This document shows, piece after piece, positions 7,626 to 14,380 of a stretch of DNA of 32,000 nt (the first letter of the stretch is position 1; every line of letters starts with the position of its first letter). A program made the position numbers and the translations under genes. This stretch comes from Cupriavidus necator (GTDB lineage Bacteria; Pseudomonadota; Gammaproteobacteria; Burkholderiales; Burkholderiaceae), in the NCBI RefSeq assembly GCF_016127575.1, contig NZ_CP066019.1:810001-842000 (forward strand). The letters are read 5' to 3'. The notes below the pieces were generated by a model that saw nothing but the letters and a program-made list of their open reading frames with translations, searched no databases and was not told the DNA's origin.

Positions 7626-9587
7626 TCAGCCCAGCAGCGCGCGCCGCACAAAGCGCGACAGCGCCAGCTTGGGCTGCCCCTGCCGGGCAATGTTGTGTGC
7701 GGGATCGGTGAACAGCAGCCGGATCAGCGCGTGGCGCGCCGCCATGCCGGCGTTCAGGGCGATGCCCAGCAACTGGCCGTCGCGGCGCACCACGCGGCAC
7801 GGGATCCAGCCGGCCTGCGCCAGCCACAGCGCGCCCTCGGTGCCGGCTGGAATGGCCGGCGCCAGCGGCGTGGTGACGGCAACGCCGTTGCAGGAAAGAT
7901 CCCTGGTGGTCACGCGGTATTCCTTGCCATCCACGCGCAGCAGCGCTGCCGCGCGGTGCGGGAAGCGCTCTTCCTTGCGCGGGCGCGGCAGTTCCACGCA
8001 GACCAGCAGCGAGGCCAGGTACAGCATCAGCGCCACCCCGGTCCAGATGGTGTTGAAGGCGAGCCCTTGCGCATCGGGGTCCACCACCAGGGCGCGGCCC
8101 AGTCCCAGCGCGGAGAAGCCCAGCAGCCCCGCGTACAGTGCAGCGAACTTGCCGTGGATCACCAGTTTGGAGCGGTCCAGCCCCTTGTTGGTCACCTTGA
8201 AAGGCCGTCCGAACGGCTTGAACATCGCGCTCACCAGCGATGCGGTGACGGCCAGCGCCGCCACGATCTGCGTGACTTCGGTGAAGATCGGCAGCGCGCG
8301 CTGGCCGGTGATCCAGATGCTGTACGCCCAGTACGCCACCAGCGCCGGCAGGCCGTAGGCGAGAAACTGCAGCGGCTCGCCATACAGGGTGGAGACGCCG
8401 AGGTACCAGTACAGCAGCGGCCCTGCCAGCAGCATCAGCGTGAATGGCCGCGACAGCCAGTGCAACAGGCCGTGCACGTAGTGCAGCCGCTGCATCCCGG
8501 TGTAGCCGCGCCCGCGCAGCGGCCCGTCCGCGGTCAGCGCCACCTGGATCGTGCCCAGCCCCCAGCGGCTGCGCTGGCTGATGTACTCGGGCAGGCCTTC
8601 GGCTGACAGGCCCACGCTCAGGCGCTCATTGAGCCAGCGCGTGATATAGCCGTGCGGCAGCAGCCGGTAGGTCAGGTGGATGTCCTCGGTCACCGTGCCG
8701 GTGGGGAAGCCGCCGATCAGGTCGATCAGGTCGCGCCGCACCACGAACGAGGTGCCGATGCAGAACGCCGCGCCCCAGGCGTCCTTGGCCGGCTGCATCA
8801 CGTCGAAGAAGGCGCGTTGCTCATCGACCCAGCATTCGGTGGCGCGCAGGTTGTACTGGATCGGATCCGCGTTGTAATAGAACTGAGGTGTCTGCACCAC
8901 GCCCACGCGCGCATCGCTGAACAGCCCCACGGTGCGCAGCAGGATATTGCGATGCGGCGCGAAGTCGGCGTCCAGCACCAGGATGTAGGGCGCGCCGCCG
9001 GCCGCGGCGCTGTGGCGCAGGCCGTTGTTGAGATTGCCGGCCTTGGCGTGGGCGTTGTCCGGGCGCGTCACGTAGTGCGCGCCGACCCGTTCGCAGAACT
9101 CGCGCAGCCAGTCGCGGCGGGTGTCGTCCAGCACCCAGACGCGGAAGTCGGGATAGTCGATCGCCAGCGCCGAGACAATGGTCTTCTCCAAAATGTCCAG
9201 GCCTTCGTTGTAGGTGGCGATGAAGATGTCCACCGGCGGCACCTGCTTCGCGCGGCGCAAGGCGGCCTCGCCCGCGTCGGCGTCGGGGGTGTGGTTGCTG
9301 GTGCGCGCCAGCACCACGATCGACAGCAGCGTATAGGCCAGCGTCATGCATTCGAAGGCAAAGAACACATGGGCCCACACGCTGGCGAAGTTCATCTGCC
9401 AGTCGGGCAGCGTTTCGCGGACGCGCCAGGTCAGGTATACCGCCAGCAGCAAGGCGGTGACGCCGCCGAACAGCACGCGGTCCGCCGGCCGGTCTTGCCG
9501 GCACAGCATCGAGAGCAGCACCATCGCCAGCAGCACGCCGCCGTTGATGACCAGCAGCGTCTGGTTTTCCAGAAACAGGGCGAACAT
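7626..9587 (-). CDS. Processive family-2 glycosyltransferase (BcsA/BgsA-class beta-glycan synthase) with a C-terminal PilZ domain
   Basis: Start is ATG 9587, with AAGGAG 7 nt upstream. The rest of the 840-aa ORF is an overlap artefact. 653 aa with 4 N-terminal and about 4 C-terminal TM helices. Motifs: IATYNE, VLDDT, NAHAKAGNLN, LDADF (DxD), QTPQFYYN, FCIGTS, TEDIHLT (TED), QRSRWGLG (QxxRW). Confidence 0.9.
   Translation of the reverse strand: MFALFLENQTLLVINGGVLLAMVLLSMLCRQDRPADRVLFGGVTALLLAVYLTWRVRETLPDWQMNFASVWAHVFFAFECMTLAYTLLSIVVLARTSNHTPDADAGEAALRRAKQVPPVDIFIATYNEGLDILEKTIVSALAIDYPDFRVWVLDDTRRDWLREFCERVGAHYVTRPDNAHAKAGNLNNGLRHSAAAGGAPYILVLDADFAPHRNILLRTVGLFSDARVGVVQTPQFYYNADPIQYNLRATECWVDEQRAFFDVMQPAKDAWGAAFCIGTSFVVRRDLIDLIGGFPTGTVTEDIHLTYRLLPHGYITRWLNERLSVGLSAEGLPEYISQRSRWGLGTIQVALTADGPLRGRGYTGMQRLHYVHGLLHWLSRPFTLMLLAGPLLYWYLGVSTLYGEPLQFLAYGLPALVAYWAYSIWITGQRALPIFTEVTQIVAALAVTASLVSAMFKPFGRPFKVTNKGLDRSKLVIHGKFAALYAGLLGFSALGLGRALVVDPDAQGLAFNTIWTGVALMLYLASLLVCVELPRPRKEERFPHRAAALLRVDGKEYRVTTRDLSCNGVAVTTPLAPAIPAGTEGALWLAQAGWIPCRVVRRDGQLLGIALNAGMAARHALIRLLFTDPAHNIARQGQPKLALSRFVRRALLG
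7629..7979 (-). other. PilZ (c-di-GMP binding) domain of the GT2 synthase
   Basis: The last 117 aa start with RKEER (RxxxR), followed 21 residues later by DLSCNG (D/NxSxxG). This is the canonical PilZ motif pair, placed directly after the last TM helix as in BcsA. Confidence 0.75.
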
Positions 9588-9589
9588 CG

Positions 9590-10942
9590 TCACTCCTTGG
9601 CGGCGGTGTTGATAGGGGCGGTTGCAGGTGCCGCGGCCGCAATGGCCGGCGGCGGGCAGGACGGTTCCAGGCATCCGCCCGGACGGAAGGGGTTCCAGCG
9701 CGCCGCGGCCAGCACGGCCCATGCAGTGGCGCCCAGGTGGGGCAGGTGGAAGTAGTGGAAGTCCTCCGTGGTCGAGGTGGGCCCGATCGACAGCCCGGTG
9801 CTGATGCGCGCCTCGGGCGTGGCGTAGAGCATCCCGGACGGCGCCCGCTGCGACAGCAGCAGCTGCCACAGTGGCTGCGCCTGTTGCGCCTGCCCGGCGG
9901 CCTGCAGCACCAGCGCGGCCTGCCCGGTGCCTTCGGTCCAGATGCCGTCGGGGCCGCCCTTGAAGCCGTAGCCCGCGCCGGCGCGGTGCTTGGCCTCCAC
10001 CCACGCCAGGTTGCGGCGCCAGTCCTGCGGCGGGTCCGGGATCGCGATCAGCGGCCACAGCACCGCATCCAGCGCGGACGGGCCGGCGTTTGGCGCGCGC
10101 CCATCGTCGCGTGTGCCGATGATGAAGCGGCCCTCGCGCGCCTGCCACATGGCGCCGACAAAGCCGCGCGAGCGCGCCGCGCCGTCGCGCCAGCGCGGAT
10201 CGTTGCGCTGGCTGGCGAGCCAGCTGAAGGCGGCATAGGTATCGACGTTGTGCTCGGTTGATTTCCAGCCCTGGCGGGTCTGCTTCGGCTCATGGCCGAA
10301 GAAGCCGCCGATATAGCCGGCGGGCGCGCTCGTGTCGGGCACGGTGGCATGCACCCAGCCCATCAGCGCGGCGGCGCCATCCAGGTAGCGCGCATCGCGG
10401 GTGGCCTCATGCACGGCCAGCAGCAGCAGCGCGGCCCAGGCCACGTTACCGGTGGCAGTGCCGGCCTGGTAGGCATCTTCAAACCAGCGCTTGCTGGGCT
10501 CGTCCCACCAGCCTGGCAGGGGCACCGCGCCGGCCGGCAGCGGGCCGGCGCGATAGGCGTTGCGCAGGCGCGCATCGCGGAAGTGGCGGTCCTGGCGGGT
10601 TGCCTGCAGCACGGCGTCGGCAATGCGGCGCGCTTCGGCGGGACGCTTGCAGGCCACCAGCGCGATGCCGGCCAGCGCGTTGTCGTAGACGAAGGCGGCA
10701 TTGCGCAGCGCCGGGGCCAGCGGCCCGCCGCCCGGCGCCGGCTCATAGCTGGCGAGAAACAAGGGGCCGTTGCCGCTTTCACGGCTGACGCGCTCGGCCA
10801 GGGTCTTGCAGCCGTCGGCCAGCAGGGTCTGCTGGGCAGGCTCGGCAGCGCGCGCCGCGCCTGGCGCCAGCGCGAGCACGGCGGGAAGCAGCGCGCCGGC
10901 AACCAGGCGGGGCAGGCGTGCAGTCGGGATCGGCAGTCGCAT
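9590..10942 (-). CDS. Secreted protein of unknown function, possibly an (alpha/alpha)6-toroid glycan-processing enzyme
   Basis: 450 aa. Sec signal peptide (LLPAVLALAPGAARA-AEP). Recurring helix-hairpin motifs typical of alpha/alpha toroids (YDNALAGIALVA, GNVAWAALLLLA, STEHNVDTYAAF, LDAVLWPL, WTEGTGQAALVL, GATAWAVLAAA). The stop lies 2 nt before the GT2 start. The fold assignment comes from sequence patterns only. Confidence 0.7.
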   Translation of the reverse strand: MRLPIPTARLPRLVAGALLPAVLALAPGAARAAEPAQQTLLADGCKTLAERVSRESGNGPLFLASYEPAPGGGPLAPALRNAAFVYDNALAGIALVACKRPAEARRIADAVLQATRQDRHFRDARLRNAYRAGPLPAGAVPLPGWWDEPSKRWFEDAYQAGTATGNVAWAALLLLAVHEATRDARYLDGAAALMGWVHATVPDTSAPAGYIGGFFGHEPKQTRQGWKSTEHNVDTYAAFSWLASQRNDPRWRDGAARSRGFVGAMWQAREGRFIIGTRDDGRAPNAGPSALDAVLWPLIAIPDPPQDWRRNLAWVEAKHRAGAGYGFKGGPDGIWTEGTGQAALVLQAAGQAQQAQPLWQLLLSQRAPSGMLYATPEARISTGLSIGPTSTTEDFHYFHLPHLGATAWAVLAAARWNPFRPGGCLEPSCPPPAIAAAAPATAPINTAAKE

Positions 10943-10969
10943 CCGGGGCTCCTTTGCCTGCGTCGGCGG

Positions 10970-12352
10970 TTATATCAGCGATGCCCGCAGCTGGCCCAGC
11001 CAGCTCTGGTTCAGCGTCACGCGCGCCCAGCGGCCCATGCCGCAATGGCCGGACTGGGTTGGCCCTGCCGCTGCCCGTGCTGCTGCCCCTGACGCCCCGC
11101 CAGCCTTGCCGGGCACGTTGCCCAGCGGGCGGTCGAGCTTGGCGATCACATAGATCTCGTTCTTCTCGATCGGCGGGAAGGGCACGAAGTAACGCGCCTG
11201 GTCGCCGTCCGGCGCGCGCGGCAGTACCTCTGCCACCGATGCCGGCAACGCCGTGGGCACGCCGTCGACATTCACGTTCAGCCGTGCACCGGGCAGCAGG
11301 TTGTCGCTGAGGCTGCGCGGGAACACCGCAACCACGCGCGTCTGCGCGCAGTTGCTGGCGCGCGCCAGGGTGGCGCCGGCGGCCACGCGCATGCCGGGCT
11401 GCGCGATCAGGTCTTCGATGGTGCCGGGTTCGGCCGAGCGGATCTCCAGGTTCGAAAGCCGGTCGAGGCGTTCCTGTTCCGTGGCGATCATCTCGTCCAC
11501 CGACTTGCCATAGGCCTCCAGTTGTTCCAGCTCTGCCGTCAGCTGTGCCGATTCCGCGCCCAGTACCTGGCGCCGCTGGGCCAGCGTGGCGCTGGGGCCG
11601 TCGGTGGATGAGGCATAGACCTTGTTGCGCGCGGCCTCGCTCACGCTGACTGCGTTATCGAGCTCGGCCTTGGCCGCTGCCTTGGCATTGGAAAGCATCG
11701 ACAGCTGGTAGCGCGAGGCATTGGTGTAGGCCTCGCTGACGGCCCCGGCCCACTGCATGTTCTGGTTGCGGTTGACCACTTCCTGCTGCTGGTCTTCCTG
11801 TGCCCGGGCCGATGCCAGGCGCGCCTCCAGGGCGCGCACGCGCGCACCGTGCTCGCGTTGCGCAGCGCTGTTGTAGCGCTGCAGGTCCTGCTCGGTGGCG
11901 GCCATCAGCCGGCGGTTGCTTTCCAGCCGCGCGCGGGCGGAGTCATGGCGCTGCTGGTTGTCGAGCTTCTTGCCGGTCAGGTCGACCAGCAGCGAACGGT
12001 CGATGTTCGGGTTCTGCACGATCATCAGCGCCTGGTTGGCCGAGAACGACTGGCCCGCGGCCACCATCTGCTTCGTCACGATGCCTTCCACGGGAGAAGT
12101 CACCAGGCTGACCGGACTGTTCACCACGGCCCGCTCCGACGAGCGCGTAAACACATTTGGAAACATGATTGTCAGTACGGCCCAGATGATGAACAGCACC
12201 ACGCCGTAGCCCGCCATGCGCGGCACGATGTGCCAGAGCGGCACGGTAACGGGCTGCGGGCGTTGCACCAGGCCGTCGCCGTGGGGCTGGCGCAGCGGAG
12301 CCGGTGTCAGCGGGTGTTGTCTGGGTGGCGGATTATTGCGCTGGTCGGCCAT
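10970..12352 (-). CDS. HlyD/EmrA-type membrane fusion protein (periplasmic adaptor)
   Basis: The ATG at 12352 has GGAGAA 7 nt upstream. The track start at 12370 is a TTG without an RBS. Pro-rich cytoplasmic N-terminus, one TM (GYGVVLFIIWAVLTIMF), a lipoyl-like half-motif (VTSPVEGIVTKQMVAAGQSF), a roughly 200-aa coiled-coil region, and a beta-barrel part (EIRSAEPGTIEDLIAQPGMRVAAGATLA). Confidence 0.85.
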   Translation of the reverse strand: MADQRNNPPPRQHPLTPAPLRQPHGDGLVQRPQPVTVPLWHIVPRMAGYGVVLFIIWAVLTIMFPNVFTRSSERAVVNSPVSLVTSPVEGIVTKQMVAAGQSFSANQALMIVQNPNIDRSLLVDLTGKKLDNQQRHDSARARLESNRRLMAATEQDLQRYNSAAQREHGARVRALEARLASARAQEDQQQEVVNRNQNMQWAGAVSEAYTNASRYQLSMLSNAKAAAKAELDNAVSVSEAARNKVYASSTDGPSATLAQRRQVLGAESAQLTAELEQLEAYGKSVDEMIATEQERLDRLSNLEIRSAEPGTIEDLIAQPGMRVAAGATLARASNCAQTRVVAVFPRSLSDNLLPGARLNVNVDGVPTALPASVAEVLPRAPDGDQARYFVPFPPIEKNEIYVIAKLDRPLGNVPGKAGGASGAAARAAAGPTQSGHCGMGRWARVTLNQSWLGQLRASLI

Positions 12353-12392
12353 GGTGTTGTTCTCCGGCAAGCAAAGTCAAAAAGCGTCCCCG

Positions 12393-12417
12393 CCGGCATG
12401 CACAGGGTGCATGCCGG
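12393..12417 (-). promoter_or_regulatory. Perfect 11-bp-stem hairpin in the leader, 41-65 nt upstream of the MFP start codon
   Basis: CCGGCATGCAC-AGG-GTGCATGCCGG. On the transcribed (minus) strand it is followed after 9 nt by TTTTT and then the GGAGAA RBS. It could be an attenuator, a processing site or a protein-binding site. Confidence 0.4.
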
Positions 12418-12869
12418 ATGAGCGAAAATTCCACGCAAGCGGGTAGCGTCGCGCAAGGGCTGTCGCGCGGTGCCCGGCTTGCATGTCCCCAATTCAGCTT
12501 GTTGTCTGCAGCACGCTCGATGTGGCCAGGCCGTATCGGCGCGCCTTGCATTCGGGCCGACAAGCGGCCCCTGGATTTGCCCGGCTTCATCCGGGCAGAG
12601 TTGAACAATGGCCAGTCAATGGCCAAGAAGTGGCAGCCCGCTGACGCAAAGATTCATGCACTCAGGCCGCCGTGTGTGAGTTAAAGGCTAGTCAGTTGCC
12701 CCGTCCCTTGCTGTAAAAATGTGTAAGGGGAGGCTGTAGCACTGCTTAACACGGCAGTAACATGACATGCAATGAACGACGAATACAGCACACATTGACG
12801 GGGTTTTGACGCTGGTACGGAGTTGAGTCCGGCAGCGATGGCAGTTGGCGCGCGCTGCGGTGACGCGGG

Positions 12870-14336
12870 CTAATCGTCGGCTGCGAGTGGCGGCGCGATG
12901 TGCTCCAGCGGCCGCCGTTCGGCGTCGATGCCGAAGCGCAATGCCAGCAGCCCGGCGACGATCACCAGCAGCGCGCCGAAGCCGTAGCCTGCCGCCACGG
13001 CTTCGCGGCTGCCGCTTTCAATCAGCGCGCCCAGCAGCACCGGCGCGATAAAGCCGCCGGTGCCGGTGCCCACGGCGTAGAACACCGAGATCGCCAGCGC
13101 GCGCATTTCCAGCGGGAAAACTTCGCTGGCGGTCAGGTAGGCGGAGCTGGCCGCGGCCGAGGCCAGGAAGAACACCGCCGACCAGCACAGCGCCTGGCCG
13201 CGCGCATCGAGCCAGCCTTCAACGAAGGCCCAGCCGGTCAGTGCCAGCCCGATGCCGGACAGCACGTAGGTGGCGGCAATCATGCGCCGGCGCCCGATGT
13301 GGTCGAACAACGGGCCAAGCAGCAGCGGCCCCAGCGCGTTGCCCAACGCAAAGGGAAAGATATACAGCGCCACGCGCGCTTCCGGCACGGCATAGAAGCG
13401 TGTCAGCACCAGCGCATAAGTGAAGAAGATTGCGTTGTAGAAGAAGGCCTGCGCCACCATCAGCGCCAGCGTGATCATGCTGCGGCGGCGGAAGCGCCGC
13501 AACAGCAGGCGCATGACTTCGCCCACGCCCGGCGCGGCGCGCCGGCGCATCGCCACCGCGACGCAATCCGGTGCCACCGGCGGCAGCGGGCCATGGCGGG
13601 CGCGCACCTCGGCCTCGATCGCGGCGATCACGCGCTCGGCCTCTTCCAGCCGGCCATGGGTGGCAAGCCAGCGCGGGCTCTCCGGCACATGCTTGCGCAC
13701 CAGCACGATGGCCACGGCCAGTACCGCGCCCAGCGCGAAGCAGACGCGCCAGCCCCAGACCGGGCCGAACACGCGCGCATCGAGCAGCACCAGGCTCAAC
13801 CCGGCGCCGAGTGCCGCGCCCAGCCAGAAGCTGCCGTTGATGGCCAGGTTGACGCGCCCGCGCACGCGCGCCGGGATCAGTTCGTCGATGGCGGAATTGA
13901 TGGCCGCGTATTCGCCGCCGATGCCAAGGCCGGTAAAAAAGCGGCAGGCCGCAAAGAAGGCAAAGCCGGGAGAGAACGCGGTGGCCAGCGTCGCCACCAT
14001 GTAGACCGCGAGCGTGGCCAGGAACAGCCGCTTGCGCCCGAGCCGGTCGGCCATGCGCCCGAACACCAGCGCCCCCAGCACCGCGCCGGCGATATAGAGC
14101 GAGCCTGACCAGCCGACCTGCGTCGCGGTCAGGCCCAGCGTATCGGGGCGCTCCAGCACGGCGCCGACCGAGCCCACCAGCGTGACTTCGAGGCCATCGA
14201 GGACCCAGGCGACGCCCAGCGCAATCGCCACGCGCCAGTGCCAGCGCGACCATGGCAGGCGGTCCAGCCGCCCCGGAATGTCGGTGCGGAATGCGGTGTC
14301 GACGGGAAGGCTGGCGAGGGCGGTATCGGTTGGCAT
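12870..14336 (-). CDS. MFS transporter, sugar-porter-like (12 TM)
   Basis: Motif A GRMADRLGRKR between TM2 and TM3, PESPRWL after TM6, and a second DHIGRRR. ATG at 14336 (the track start at 14342 is TTG). Confidence 0.85.
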   Translation of the reverse strand: MPTDTALASLPVDTAFRTDIPGRLDRLPWSRWHWRVAIALGVAWVLDGLEVTLVGSVGAVLERPDTLGLTATQVGWSGSLYIAGAVLGALVFGRMADRLGRKRLFLATLAVYMVATLATAFSPGFAFFAACRFFTGLGIGGEYAAINSAIDELIPARVRGRVNLAINGSFWLGAALGAGLSLVLLDARVFGPVWGWRVCFALGAVLAVAIVLVRKHVPESPRWLATHGRLEEAERVIAAIEAEVRARHGPLPPVAPDCVAVAMRRRAAPGVGEVMRLLLRRFRRRSMITLALMVAQAFFYNAIFFTYALVLTRFYAVPEARVALYIFPFALGNALGPLLLGPLFDHIGRRRMIAATYVLSGIGLALTGWAFVEGWLDARGQALCWSAVFFLASAAASSAYLTASEVFPLEMRALAISVFYAVGTGTGGFIAPVLLGALIESGSREAVAAGYGFGALLVIVAGLLALRFGIDAERRPLEHIAPPLAADD

Positions 14337-14380
14337 TGCCAACCAGTATAGGAAACGGGTGCAAACGGGTGCCGCAGCGT

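Noticed and set aside
5811-8606. 931-aa plus-strand ORF, the longest in the track
   Set aside because: It runs antisense to two well-supported genes (the OMF and the GT2-PilZ synthase). Its composition is dominated by R/G/A/Q/H with no motifs. This is the typical open antisense frame of a high-GC genome.
9588-10148. N-terminal 187-codon extension of the GT2 ORF (the track gives 840 aa)
   Set aside because: The extension overlaps the 3' end of the upstream secreted-protein gene in another frame and is Arg/Gly/Ala junk. The ATG at 9587 has an AAGGAG RBS and starts directly with the first TM helix.
12353-12869. c-di-GMP riboswitch (GEMM-I/II) in the operon leader
   Set aside because: I could not find the conserved GEMM cores or tetraloop-receptor arrangement by eye. 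It is kept only as something to test with Infernal and is not called as a feature.
12870-14336. The MFS transporter as the inner-membrane partner of the MFP/OMF pair (EmrAB-TolC-like pump), which would make the GT2 a bystander
   Set aside because: The MFS has 12 TM and the sugar-porter PESPRW motif, not the 14-TM DHA2 type that pairs with EmrA-like adaptors. It is also separated from the MFP gene by 517 bp, whereas the GT2 is translationally coupled within the MFP-OMF block. This cannot be fully excluded without experiments.
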